A stretch of 64,000 nt of DNA. Origin: Eledone cirrhosa (Eukaryota). Positions 30,982-45,006 of the stretch are shown piece by piece. A model generated the notes under the pieces. That model saw nothing but the letters and a program-made list of their open reading frames with translations. It was not told where the DNA came from and searched no databases. Numbering within the stretch: position 1 is the first letter of the stretch; the number at the start of each line of letters is the position of its first letter. The translations under genes were made by a program, and so were the position numbers. The DNA lies in assembly GCA_964016885.1 (NCBI GenBank), contig OZ024741.1:286812001-286876000 (forward strand), written 5' to 3'.

Positions 30982-31649
30982 TAACGGAACAGTAAAAATA
31001 TGTAAAGCATTCCAAACATTCTGCATCTAATAACTGCATATACACATGTACAGATACAAAGCATATGCACATGCACACATACAACTCAAAACATCCACAT
31101 CTACACATACAATAACATCCATACCTGCACACACATGCATGCAGACATGCATACATATCTACCTAGTTGATGTTGTGTAAATTCCAATGAGAGAGTCTTG
31201 TGTCTATGTTAGAAACCGACTCTCTCTCTATTGGTAAAACTTTGTGAAATTATAAAACCAGAAGAACATACATACATACATACATACATACATACATACA
31301 TACATACATACATACATACATACATACATACATACATACATACATGATGGCTGAAACTCGATTTCGAGTAATGCCATTAGTTGATACTTAAGCATGAGCA
31401 TCACGAACGTGGTTTTTTAGTCCAGCTAAGGACTTGCCTATGGCCAGTCATGTCATGCACCACAACAAATGTCACATATCAAGCGGTGCCTGCGCTTGAA
31501 GCTTTTTTAAGTGAGGAAAGGCTTTTCACGGGGCCAATCTCACTCTCTGAACATCGAATGCATTTACCCAAAAAGTAAAACTGGTCTATATCATTGCATG
31601 CAAATGAAGCCGTTGGTTTTATATCGGAATGACCTTCTCCTAGAAAGAT

Positions 31650-33350
31650 GTCTCATAGAAGACTAGGAGTTTCTGGCACTACAAAAAAAAAAAAATCTTT
31701 ATTCGATGGCCGTTGATTCTCCTGACTTCCTTCCCCTTTGACGGGTCTTGTTTTTCATCCCACCGGGTGTCCAAATCAATTGTCAATAAAAAAAAATGTA
31801 CTTCAAATAATTTTTTTAATGTCTTCACGCGTTTCAACTTCAATATTATCAGGTATCACCAGGACATTAATTTGGGATTTGGCGGATACAAGTCCCGAAG
31901 AAATACAAGAATCTATAGTCAATAAGGTAAGGAAATTGAAAGGTTTTTTTAAAGCGATTTAAAAAAAAAAAGGTTATTTTCTCTCCGGAAAATATACTTC
32001 AGATCCTTCCCATCAACAATGATGGGAACAGGGAGATGTCCCCTTGCTGTCCTTGCTTAACATCATCTACGTGTCGGGGTGGATGTCTTTGGTTGATGTA
32101 CCAACTCAGTTTTCTTATTGCTGATTGTTAAACAATATGATTTACAAATGCCTTACAGGCAAGTGAGAAGCGGTTCATCAATACTTGTGCCTCTTCGAAA
32201 GATGTTGTAACAAGTGCAGCGTCATTAGCGAACAATAAATCAAGAACACCACATGTTCGTGTAAGTGTTTTAACCTTAAATCGCAGATGGTTGAATAACT
32301 TACCTAATGTACGGAATTCAAATCTGACACCAGTGTAAGTCACATACTAAAGCATTACAGAGGAAAATAAAGCATATAGAACAGGAGCCATGACAGAATC
32401 CTGCTTTGCATCGTTTGTGACACCAAAGGGTTCAGAGCATTTGCTATTTAATATAATTGGTGCTCTCATGCTCTCATTAAAAGACATGATAACATTCAGT
32501 TTATCGTCAGGTGCGACAAGCTTTGCGATTGACTGTGTCAAATGCTTTGGTCAAGTCAACAAAGACCATAAACAGTTCCATTATGATGAGCTTGCTCTTG
32601 TATAGAACAGCGGAGACCAATGTGTGAAGCTGATCATAAAATGTTACGATATCCTGCTCAGATGTAACAACTCAGTAGTGTAACAGCGATGTTGTTTGTT
32701 AGATCCAGAGAAAGAGTCGTGATACGAACATTGACACCTTTGGGGAATGGATGTTAGGGATCTAGCAATGTCAGATCTGATGACACAACCAACACCAGAC
32801 TGACTGTGGTCCTCACCACTTCTTCCAGACTAGAAGATTATGTACCCCCTCTCCCACCTCTTGCATCTGGAGTATGCCAGTAACTCGGGTTTCATTTATC
32901 GCACAGGTATACTGAGTAAATTACAGGAGAGGGCTGATCTTCGCTTCAGACCTGAAATGTTGTCCCTGGATATTCTCACACTAAAATTTTAATTTAAATT
33001 CTTTGTTTTGTTTCGACCGCATATTTGGATAACCAGAGAGCTGCGGTTAACTGCCAGGTTAAAAGATTGAACAAGTATTTGTTTAAAGCTCCTTTTATCG
33101 CCTACACCCGGTGTAGTGAAAGCAGTGCTATGTCTAAAAAGACTTGCTTTGTCACCATCAGAGGATACGAACAGCCCAAATTGCTCATCTTTGTGCCTGG
33201 ACGACCATAAACTGATGGTCGTCACTGTGTAGAGCTCCAGCTAAGGACTTCCTGTAATGCCATTTATATGACCCTGTCGCCTTTGCTCTTTCGCCAGCGG
33301 GTTTTGTGTTAATGGTGGGATATCAAATAGAACTGGTAGAGCTGGTGTCT
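31650..33350 (-). mobile_element. Degenerate RTE (BovB-like) LINE
   Basis: PFGVTNDAKQDSVMAPVLY (compare GVKQGCVLAP) and DLLFANDAALV (compare LLFADD). Heavily deleted. Confidence 0.75.
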
Positions 33351-33511
33351 ACCCACGCAAATGGATTGTCTATATATATATATATAATTGGTGTGGGTTG
33401 CTTAAAGCGTCCGTAAGCGGTAGGCCATTTGAGCACTCGATGCTGTTACAGAGCAGAGTATGATGTCACATAAGAAACGGAGAATCAGTGTTGCGACGAA
33501 TACAATTTATT

Positions 33512-33608
33512 AGACATATTACAATCGTTTCTCTGGCGGTCAGCTCGAGGCACGATCAATGTAATGATCGAACCTGACTCTGAAATCGCAAGGTCCTCAG
33601 ATACGTCT
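33512..33608 (-). ncRNA. Long-stem-II type I hammerhead (family F), intact core
   Basis: AGACGUAU-CUGAGGA-..GCG..GUCAG-GUUCGAUC(AUUACAUU)GAUCGUGCC..CUGAC-CGC..-GAAA-CGAUUG-UA^AUAUGUCU. Stem I is 8 bp. Confidence 0.78.
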
Positions 33609-33648
33609 CGATTCTACGAAGCAGAGTTTCCAAATTCTCCTTTCTTAT

Positions 33649-33837
<189 letters not shown>

Positions 33838-33842
33838 TATAT

Positions 33843-33910
<68 letters not shown>

Positions 33911-33915
33911 TATAT

Positions 33916-33991
<76 letters not shown>

Positions 33992-33998
33992 TATATAT

Positions 33999-34053
<55 letters not shown>

Positions 34054-34093
34054 CACATATATAAATATATATATTTAGAAGCCATTTCTATGT

Positions 34094-34138
<45 letters not shown>

Positions 34139-34352
34139 GCAGAAGTTATATTTAATTTGTTGGGATTCAACAAGCTTAAAAGTTTTATAACTGATATAAA
34201 GCACTCAACAGTTACTGGAGTAAATATTAAATATATTAATAAATGGAAACTATATTTATAAAACCATAATTATTTCATTATATATCCAGCGAACCTTCAA
34301 CCGTCAAGGTTGTTTTTCTACGGGTATGTCAACATTTATAAAACAAATTTTG

Positions 34353-34419
34353 TATTTTATCTGATGAAAGCGCACCAAAACTGCATTGGTTGCCCTTGAA
34401 ATATATATATAATAAAATA
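34353..34419 (+). ncRNA. Type I hammerhead (family H), intact core
   Basis: UAUUUUAU-CUGAUGA-AAGCGCACCA...UGGUUGCCCUU-GAAA-UAUAUAUA-UA^AUAAAAUA. Confidence 0.8.
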
Positions 34420-34462
34420 ATTATGGTTTTATAAATATAGTTTCCATTTATTAATATATTGA

Positions 34463-34530
<68 letters not shown>

Positions 34531-34537
<7 letters not shown>

Positions 34538-34848
34538 AGATCAAAAGATGGTTAAAGGAGTTCCATATATTTTATTATGCGCATTTCAAAAACAAACATC
34601 ATCATGCAATAATATTTGTGTTTTCATCAGATAAAATAGGAGAACATGATATGAAGGCTAAAAAACACTTGTGGATAGTGCAGTTTTAAATCAACATGCA
34701 CTATCCACAAGTGTTTTTTAGCCTTCATATCATGTTCTCCTATTTTATCTGATGAAAACACAAATATTATTGCATGATGATGTTTGTTTTTGAAATGCGC
34801 ATAATAAAATATATGGAACTCCTTTAACCATCTTTTGATCTTATATTA
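34531..34848. repeat. Near-perfect 152-bp-arm fold-back carrying a hammerhead on each strand
   Basis: Arms 34531-34682 and 34697-34848 with a 14-nt loop. Confidence 0.92.
34741..34811 (+). ncRNA. Type I hammerhead (family H), intact core; mirror copy at 34568-34638(-)
   Basis: UAUUUUAU-CUGAUGA-AAACACAAAUAU...AUGUUUGUUUUU-GAAA-UGCGCA-UA^AUAAAAUA. Confidence 0.82.
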
Positions 34849-35338
34849 TGCATACTCCAGTCCCACAAACTGTAGAGTGCTTCTTATCCGATATCTGCAT
34901 TGCTTTATTGTACTACAATAAAACTCACCTCCTACATTATATATATATATATATATAGTTTCCATTTATTAATATATTGAATTGTATATATGTATATATA
35001 TATATATACACACATAAATTAATAAAAACAATGAATAAAAACAAAGAAACAGTTCCTTATATTAAAAGATTCATCATTTTACGATCGTTTCTAGGATATA
35101 TATGTGTGTGTTGGTATGTATATCATATAGATCTATGTAAAAATTTTACAAACTATCATAACTACATATATATATGCTGTCTTCAGATATAATTATATAT
35201 AATTATATACTAATCTAATAATCTATATACACACACACATATATATATATATATAGAAGCCATTTCTGTATTAAAAAATTATACTCTGCTATGTATTGAG
35301 TACCTTACTTACTGTGGTTACTCCCGATTAAACCCAGG

Positions 35339-35519
<181 letters not shown>

Positions 35520-35711
35520 CTGTTGGCTTCTTGCTACAATACTTTCTATACCTTTCATTTACGAACATATATATATATGTGTGCATGTATGTATATATAT
35601 ATATACATACTACTGTACGTCTGTATACATATATGTATGTACGTGTACATACTTATATTTAAGTAACAGCCGTACTAAGAGTGGGAAATAAAATTTCGTT
35701 TCATTTTTTCC

Positions 35712-35757
<46 letters not shown>

Positions 35758-36251
35758 TTTCTGAATTTGTTTAGCAAGATTCTTTATCTGAAAACGTGTG
35801 TTGAAACCGATATTGTTATACTTTGGGAGGGTCATGTTGCCAATAAGAAACACACGCACCAGTTGCTTTCACTTCAATTTATTATAATACATTTATAAAT
35901 TTAGGAATTTATAAATTTCCGGTTGGTTGGTTGGTTCCATAATCAGATGGTTGTTTATATATTGTCAAAGTTCTTTCGTCACACATTCTGTGACCTCTTC
36001 AGTGACTGGGGATTCTTTTCTTTGTTTTTGTGCCTCTCCTTTGTTCTGTCCTACGCCATTTTGTTTCTGTGTGTGTGTTGTGTGTCTTGCTAATAAGTGT
36101 TTTTACGGAGGTACCTGGTCTTTCTACTATCTTAATATTGAGTTTATGTTTGTCTAGGGCCCTTCTAAATTTGTAAGCTAATTCACCTCTAGGGGTTGTA
36201 TCGATGAACATTACACTCTGGTATTTATTGCTATCATACCATGCATGGTAT

Positions 36252-36799
36252 GATAAATACCAGAGTGTAATGTTCATCGATACAACCCCTAGAGGTGAAT
36301 TAGCTTACAAATTTAGAAGGGCCCTAGACAAACATAAACTCAATATTAAGATAGTAGAAAGACCAGGTACCTCCGTAAAAACACTTATTAGCAAGACACC
36401 CTTTTCAAAGACCCCCTGTATAGATAAGAAATGTAAAACCTGTAAATTAAGCCCCCATATTAACTGTAAAACTAGAAATGTAGTATATAGCATAAGATGT
36501 ACTGAAGGACAATGTAGAGACAAAAATATAGTGTACATAGTTGAGACAGCTCGTAGCCTAGGGGAACGATAAATGAACACTGGCGAGACCTTCAAGATAG
36601 TAAAGAATCATCTATACTCTACCAACATGCTAAAATAGAACATAAGGGTAAATTAGAGAACATAGAAATAAAAATAGAATCTACACACAGAAAAGACGCA
36701 ATGTTTAGACAAATCACAGAGGCAATAAACATAAAAGAATTACAACCAAAATTAAATAGAAAATATGAGTGGAACAGCAACATCACAACTTACAATTAA
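36252..36799 (+). pseudogene. GIY-YIG endonuclease of Penelope-like element (one frameshift near 36570)
   Basis: KIVERPG..C-x4-C-x2-C..CKTRNVVYSIRC..VYIVETARSLGER, then (frameshift) INEH..HAKIEH..RQITEAINI..PKLNRKYEW. Confidence 0.85.
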
Positions 36800-37000
36800 G
36801 GACAAAATGAAAACACACACGCACATAGAACAAACAACCAACCTGTAACATGTAAATAAACAAATAAATAAACGAATATAAACACACACAGACACCCGGA
36901 TGTGGCACATGCGCAGACTGACCACACAACACACACACAGAAACAAAATAGCGTAGGACAGAACAAAGGAGAGGCACAAAAACAAAGAAAAGAATCCCCA

Positions 37001-37043
37001 GTCACTGAAGAGGTCACAGAATGTGTGACGAAAGAACTTTGAC
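37001..37043 (+). ncRNA. Hammerhead in the PLE pseudo-LTR; mirror copy at 35964-36006(-)
   Basis: GUCA-CUGAAGA-G-GUCACA(GAAUG)UGUGAC-GAAA-GAAC-UU^UGAC. Confidence 0.8.
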
Positions 37044-37622
37044 AATATATAAACAACCATCTGATTATGGAACCAACCAACCAACCGGAAATTTATAAAT
37101 TCCTAAATTTATAAATTTATTATAATAAATTGAAGTGAAAGCAACTGGTGCGTGTGTTTCTTGTTGGCAACATGACCCTCCCAAAGTATAACAATATATA
37201 TATATATATATACATACATATATACACACACATATATACACATACACAAATGCCCAAGAAGTGCTGTATGGCATGACAATGAAACTACGACTCCCCGATA
37301 ACTTCTAAATTTAACGTTGAAAAATAGAGGTGGATGCAGGTTTGTGTAATTGGTCTAGCAAATTTACATGGACAATAAGAGGTGTGGGTTCGATTCTCAG
37401 GCCTGTGATGCCCATTTTTTTTTCTTTTGAGGTTTTATATATCATGTTATTTAACTATTTTCTGTAGTCAAAATACGATGAAAGCTTATATTCTATTTTC
37501 AATGTTTTCAATTGCCGCCGTATTCTAAAGCACACGTGCATATTTACACATACACACACACAGATATATATAATATATATATAATATATATAAATATATA
37601 TAAATATATATATACACATACA

Positions 37623-37708
<86 letters not shown>

Positions 37709-38298
37709 TTTATATAGATACAAAACATAGAGAAAACAGGGAGTAGGACACAGATAAAACGTGTCAGAGAAACTAAAAAAGCGAGAGAGAGAGGGAAGAG
37801 AGAGAGAGTATAAAGATGAAGATGATGATGATGATGATGATGTGGATGAGGAGAGGATGACAGGGCTGTAGAATAGAGAATGATAGAAATAGAATGAAGG
37901 GAGGAGTGGGTAAAGTGGAATTCGGTCTGGCATGTGGCTCGGATATATAAACACACATAGATCAATTGAATGTCAGCTCTTCTTCTATACGTTATCACCT
38001 TATCTGTGGTGGCAGTAATTTGCTATCCAAGAATAAAACAAAATACTATTTTTTTTTTCTTTCGTAAAGCACTATTTCTCGCTACGTTCTTTTCATATCG
38101 TCCTTGTTTTATAATTTTGACTAGTTACAGTCATTATACTGCGCCCGTGCTGGAGTACCACTGCCTTCAAGGGATTTTTGTTGTTGATTATATTGGCGAC
38201 ACCAGAGCTTATTTTTTTATTGTTATTATTTTTAATTTGGGTCCTATTTTATCGATTTCTTTTTGTCGAACTGCTATTAACAGAACATAAACATGCAG

Positions 38299-38370
<72 letters not shown>

Positions 38371-38500
38371 AACGAGTAGGACCCCGACGGCTGAGCTCAA
38401 GCCGTTTCGACGGTTAATTCTGGACTAAATGAACATTTTTATCCTGGTACATGAATAGCCGAGCTTCTGGTCCATCTGGTTCCTTACCACATTTCCTTCG

Positions 38501-38546
<46 letters not shown>

Positions 38547-39321
38547 GTGTGTGTGTGTACAGTTGTCCCCCGGTATTCGCGGGGATTACGTTCCTAGAGC
38601 AACCACGAAGAGTGAAAAACCGCGAATATTGGACGTAGCTCATAAAAATGCCTATAAACGTCAAAACATAACGTACAATTTAGGCCGGTAAATACGGTAC
38701 ATTGTTATTAATAATTTAGCGTTAAAAAGCGTGAAACCACGAAAAAAGCCATTAAAAAATTGCGGAAGATATGATTCCGTGAATATGCAGTGGTTTCCAC
38801 GAACAATTATTAATCAGGTTCTAAGGAACCCTTAAAAGACGGAAAAAGAAAGTCTTTTAAGGGCCTTCACCCTACTTTATTTTATAGCATCTTTATACAT
38901 GAGTACATCATCCCAGGAGCAGTGGAAGTATTTCTGATTTGGGGGTGGGGATTTCGTCAATTTAGTTATAGTTTAGTTGCTCTTTAAAATGGTCAGAAAA
39001 CTTTGATATGCGATAAATATAACATGTATATAAATTGTAGCGCATATCCAAATAGATTTGGGTTTTGATAGTTTGGGGAGAAAATATAATTATTGGAAGG
39101 GGCAAACTCCCCCTCCAATTCCACCGACACTATATATTTATAATTTTAAAAAATGATGCGTGTGCCCTTTCCTAAGGGGTTAATATATCGAGCTTCTTCG
39201 CATTTGATAAGAAACTGGTATTATACCCAATTTATTCACTTCATATATATTGACTATCTTCAATGAACTTATAACATGAAGTTCACATGAAGATATGTCA
39301 CTATCTTTACACCAATTATTG

Positions 39322-39382
39322 TATTTTATCTGACGAAAGCGCACTAAAATATTAGTACCCTTGAAATACGTATAATAAAATA
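39322..39382 (+). ncRNA. Type I hammerhead (family H), intact core
   Basis: UAUUUUAU-CUGACGA-AAGCGCACUAA(AAUA)UUAGUACCCUU-GAAA-UACGUA-UA^AUAAAAUA. Confidence 0.82.
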
Positions 39383-39428
39383 AATATGATTTTATAAAGA
39401 TATTTTCCATTTATTGATATTATTGATA

Positions 39429-39473
<45 letters not shown>

Positions 39474-41513
39474 TCATTTATTATGGCTATTGGTGAGATT
39501 TGTTACTCTAAAGTTTCACCTGCGCACTGACAGGATCACCAGTCATGTCTGGTCAGAAGCAGGTGAGACTCGAGAGTAACAAGCCTTAGCCATAATGAAT
39601 GAATATTTAAACACCACTTCGGTATTGAGTTTTCATTTACGTCCGTCAATAATTCATGTACTCTCAGGTCTTCAATAATCGTCCCCACCAACGCTTATTA
39701 ATTTGAGATTGCCATAAAACTCTCCTCCTCTCTATGTCTACCACACAAAACTCTCTTTTAATACCTATCTCTGTATTTAATAAAACCAGACTCTACCCCT
39801 CTCTATATATACCACGACACTGCCTCTCTCATCCCACTCTCTCTATATAAGAATAATATACTCTCTGACTCTCTATACATATCTACACTTATCTCCCCCA
39901 ATCCCCCTCTGTATATTAAAGACCACCAAACTCTCACCTTCTCTATATCTACTATACGGCACTCTCCAATTATCCCTCTCTGTATATCTACAACCACCAA
40001 ACTCTCCCTCTATACTTACTAAACGGTACTCTCTTCCGATCCCCCTCTCTATATCTAATACACGGAACTCTCTTCCAAAGCCCCTTTCTATATCAAGTAA
40101 CACCAAACTCCTCCTCCTCTATATTTACTACACGGTGCTCTCTTCCATTCCTCCTCACTATATCAATTACCACCAAACTATCCCCTCTCTATATCTACCA
40201 TACAACACTCTCTCTCTCATTCTTTTTAACTATCTATCACTACCAAACTCTCTCTCCCCTATATCTACCATACAACACTCTCTCCCTATCCCCCCTCTAT
40301 ATATTAATTATCACCAAACTATCCCCCTCTCTCTATGTACCATACAACATTCTCTCATCCCCTCTCACTCTAGCCATCACTGCCAAACTCCCCTTCTCTA
40401 TATCTATCAATGCCTATCATTCCTCTCACTCTATTCATTACCAACAAACTCTCGCCCTCTCTATATCTACTACACAGAACTTTCTTCTATTGCCCCTCAC
40501 TATATCAATATATCTACTGCACAGAACTCTCTTAATATTGCTCTTTCTATATCAATAAACATCAATCTCTCCCCCTCTTTATATCTTATATATATAACAC
40601 ACTCTCCCAACCTTCCCCTCTATTTCAATTACCACAAAACTCTCCCCCTCTCTATATCTATATCTCCCATCTATCTCTACATAACATGTACATAAATTGT
40701 AGTGCATTTACAAATAGATATGTTTTTGTAGTTTGGGGCGAAAAATATAATTATTTGGGGGAGGCTGCGTGTGTGTGTGTGTGAGTGGCACTCTCACTTA
40801 TGAGAACAATACTTTTACTTACAATGTATCTCACCTAAGATTTGTAGACGGTCAAAAGTTGTTGGGGCAAAATTATTTTCTAGCTCTAAAAGAAGTTCCA
40901 GATGCAGTTTTACCTAGGTTTAGAATGTTTGTTCAGCAAAAGAGATCTTCATTGAGAGTGAGGGTTAGAAGTTGTTGGAGGCTGAAGTATTTTCTGGCTC
41001 TGAAAAGAGAAGGGCTAGTCTTTTAGATGCATCAGATCTCATGTTTACGGTGTACAGTGCAGTTACTATGAGGTGTGGGTGAGGCCTAACATTTAGAGCA
41101 AATGCGAGAGATCTAATTGCATGCTGTTCATATTCAAAGGTGGTGAGGTGCAATGAAAAAGTTCAGCAAAGAAACGAACTCATGTTACATACTTGGTTCA
41201 GTAGGAATTCATCACCAATCTACGGAGCTTGCACAAAGAACGCAAAAAGAATTTAAACAAAAAAATAAGAAAAAAATGAAATAAAGGCAGCAAAAGAAAA
41301 GAAATAAGAGAAAGTATAAAAATAAACACAACGTTACGATAATAAACAAAACACAAATAACTAATATAAAAAACACTGGTTTATTCTGATTAAAAATAAA
41401 ATAGCTGTCGTACAGCCAAAATATTTATCTATTAATAAACGAGTAGATTATTGCGAGTTTTCCCATGAACCTTTTCAACTATATCATATGAACTCATTAT
41501 ATGCATATCGCTA

Positions 41514-41554
<41 letters not shown>

Positions 41555-41863
41555 ATGGGTGTGTGAGTGTGTGTATAAGGTATGATATGGACCCATAAAT
41601 TCCGAGGGAGTCGTTAGTGTACGAAATTGACATATGGCGTTTCTTAGGGCATTCTAAAACCTGAAGGGCCCATCTGCTCTCCAGGCCTGATATAAAACCT
41701 GTGACTTCGTTTGCATTCAATGGTGTGGACCAGTTCTACTTTTTGGGCAAATGAATTCGATGTTCACAGAGCGGGATTAGCTCCGTGCGTGTGACATTGC
41801 TGGCCATAGGCAGGACTAAAACGCCACGCCATGATGCTCATGCTTAGGTATCAAGCGATTGCA

Positions 41864-42370
41864 TTACTCAATAAAGTATGAATCCATGACACTTCCGTCA
41901 CTCACCATAGCTTCAAATACCATCACAGAGGCAGGATTCTTAGTCTCAAACACAGGGCGGACGTTAGAAGGGTTGTATGTAATCACACGAGAATTTCTGC
42001 GATTCCCCTCAGCGTCCACAGTGAACTTCTCACCCACAAACACGAGAGTTTTTTCTGCACCTTGATGTTCGATGAATGATAGGATCTTTGGGCATCTCTT
42101 GGTTCTGATTGCTTTGGCCTTGGCTTTTAGGAGGTGACGGTGTTGTCGACCATAGCTAGACATGCTAAGGTTCCTGTTCACAGTTCTGGACACCGTGGAA
42201 AAGGACACATTGCATTTATTTGCAAGAGTTCTTATGGATGTTGATGGGTTAGCTTCAATCGAGAATTTGAGGCCAGCGAGAAACTTTGGATTGCGCTTGG
42301 AATCCCTCCGAGTCTTGTCCCCTTTCCTATCAATCTTTCCTTCTTCTTTAAATAACTCTAAGGATTAAAT
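41864..42370 (-). pseudogene. maT/DD37D-like transposase fragment
   Basis: VFVGEKFTVDAEGNRRNSRV..KNPASVMVF, homologous to the 3702-4988 transposase. Confidence 0.7.
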
Positions 42371-42709
42371 GCTATAAGGTTAAGAAGTTAAAAATTTAAA
42401 TTTAAATTTTCCAACTTAATAATGTAATTAGAGTATGAATCTTATGTTATTTTATAAGTTATAAATATATAAATTCATAATTTTAGCTGTTATACAGTTA
42501 TAACTGTTAAAACATAAATTTGCTTGCTATAACGTCATAACATATAGAAATTATAATATTTAAAATTTTCATAGGAATATATCCAAAGCATAAACCATAA
42601 AAAACTCTTTCATAAGAGTATATTTATAGAATATATTTAAAGTATAAATTTTAGGTTATACCATATACATCAAAATCACTATGTTTATCTCATATATTTA
42701 TAAATATTT

Positions 42710-42754
<45 letters not shown>

Positions 42755-42805
42755 GCATTTGAAAAATATAAGAATATAGAAATATAAAATATTTTAGACA
42801 GAATC

Positions 42806-42873
<68 letters not shown>

Positions 42874-42918
42874 AGGATAAAAAGGACGATTGATTATTCC
42901 TTCATTACATTTATTGAT

Positions 42919-43005
42919 AGGTGACGAGCGTTTCGCCACTGATCAGCTCAAGGTTCGATCTATATCGATCCTACCCGACTCAATAATCCGCAGCTCGACG
43001 GACCC
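42919..43005 (-). ncRNA. Degenerate family F hammerhead
   Basis: GGGU-CCGUCGA-GCUGC...GUGGC-GAAA-CGCUCG-UC-ACCU. Core is mutated. A related relic lies at about 3568-3650(+). Confidence 0.5.
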
Positions 43006-43080
43006 TCTTAAAATGCTATAAGAAAATGAAATACATGCTATTTGGTAAAGTCAGAGATTCAAGAGTTTGACAAAATGAGT

Positions 43081-43149
<69 letters not shown>

Positions 43150-43166
<17 letters not shown>

Positions 43167-43717
43167 TGTATGTCGTTGGTGACTAAACTGGCAACCCCAC
43201 CAAGGTTTCTTGGTGAGGAGGGTGACTTTGGACATCCTGCAGGACTAAAAACAAAACCTGTCAAAGGCCAAAGGAGCTCTTAAGAATCAATGGCCATCCA
43301 AAATCACCGGGAGAGATGACCCCTTAGCCTTTGTCAAGGCAGAATTCTAGGAGAAGGAAAACTCTGATATAACACCTGCAACTCTGATGGTATCCAATGA
43401 TGTTGACATGTTCTTCTTTTTGGTAAATATGATCTTGGTTAAGAGAGTGGGACTGGCTTTGTGCAGTGCCTTTGCTCACTATAAAAGCTTCACGGCACAG
43501 GCATTGCTTTATATCTGGAGATCTCTCTGCACTTGTCGTCACATGGTACCATGGGCCCAGCACTGTGTCAATAATTGTCACAAGTGTAGTGTGTGTACCA
43601 GAGTTTTCAAGTCGCTGGCTGGACTAAAAAGTCACACTCGTTCAGCGCATCGGTAGGAGTTCTCCTACATGAATATAAAGTAGTGGCCGTACTCGAAAAC
43701 GAGTTGGCAGCCACCAT
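43150..43717 (+). mobile_element. Internally deleted RTE/BovB-like element
   Basis: 5' part resembles 31700-31775(-). C-terminal C2H2 finger HKCSVCTRVFKSLAGLKSHTRSAHR* and a CTCGAAAACGAG hairpin tail. Confidence 0.6.
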
Positions 43718-44279
43718 ATATATATAAAGATATGTGTCTGAATAATGTAAATATATCACACAGAATGTAATTTGTCACTGATATACAGAAACATCTCAAT
43801 GAAAAGAGAGATAAAATTATCCTTTCAGAGAATGGTGTATACATATAGTATAAATTTTACAAAGTTAGCTATGGGTAAATTCCTAGAATAGAAACATAAA
43901 ATAAGACAGCTTCATCAGCAATCTCGCCATTACTTCGGATTCAATTCTCAAGAAACAGCATTGATCATTTCAATAAATTAAACAGACAATATTATTTCTC
44001 CAGAGGGCTTTCTCTGAAAGAATAAAAGAGGTAAGGACGAAATTATTGGTGAAGCTGTCTTATTTTAGGTTACTATACCAAGAATTTTCACGTAACTAAC
44101 TCTGTAAAATTTATTTTATATATGAATCTCTCTATATAAGGACGTACACGCACATAGATATAATATAAATATATATATAAATATATATATAAATATATAT
44201 ATAAATATACATGCATATGTATGTATATCTATGTATCTATATGTATATATATATGCATCTGTGTATATATATAGAGAGA

Positions 44280-44352
44280 GCCCGGCTAGCTCAGTCGGTA
44301 GAGCACACGACTCTTAATCTCGGGGTCATGGGTTCGAGCCCCACTCTGGGCG
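44280..44352 (+). tRNA. tRNA-Lys(CTT)-like gene, probably a pseudogene
   Basis: 73 nt, close to the canonical metazoan tRNA-Lys(CTT), followed by an oligo-T terminator. Two mismatches in the anticodon stem and one each in the T and acceptor stems. Confidence 0.85.
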
Positions 44353-45006
44353 AATTTTTTTATAAACCCTTTTTCTGTATTATATCCTTCAAAGGCGGTG
44401 TTCCAGCATGGTCTCAGCCGGATGGCTGGAACAGGTAAAAGAGTATATATATATATATAAAACAAAGAAAATGTGGTAAGATACCAGGTGGACCATAACG
44501 CACCAGAGTACTCGATACTTAGGGTAGTAGAGTGGGTAATAGGAAAAGAGTCAAGACTCCGACGCCTGAGTTCCGGCCGTTTCGACAGCTAGATCCGAAC
44601 TGTTCTGATCTAACTGTCGAAACGGCCGGAACTCAGCCGTCGGAGTCTTGACTCTTTCCTTATATATATATATAAATATATACACACACACACGCACACA
44701 TATATATATATAATTGTTTCTACTTTTGGCACAAGACTAGCAATTACTCAGTGCATTACTGGTACTTTATTTTATCGACCCCGTAACGATGAAAGGCAAA
44801 GTTAACCTCGGCGGGATTTGAGCTCAGATCATAAAGAGCCGTAACTCTATGCTGCAAAGCATGGCGTCCGACCCTCTACCGATACTGCCAATCCACCGCC
44901 CTTTATATATATATATATGTATATATATACAATAAACTTATATTATATATTACTATTTGAAATTATGAATTTAGATCAATGCAGGACCTGGGAATTGGTA
45001 TGAGGA

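Larger units (their letters stand above)
35810..37197 (+). mobile_element. 5'-truncated Penelope-like element with inverted pseudo-LTRs
   Basis: Outer inverted arms about 35810-36082 and 36922-37197. Inner palindrome centred near 36242. Contains a GIY-YIG ORF remnant. Confidence 0.9.

Noticed and set aside
40135-40695. 186-aa ORF
   Set aside because: It arises from CT-rich degenerate subrepeats and has no domain features.
40790-41230. Possible Penelope GIY-YIG remnant on the minus strand
   Set aside because: Only vague motif resemblance across frameshifts.
43905-43925. CTGATGA on the minus strand inside the 43850-44112 fold-back
   Set aside because: No matching GAAA and UH with closing stems was found.
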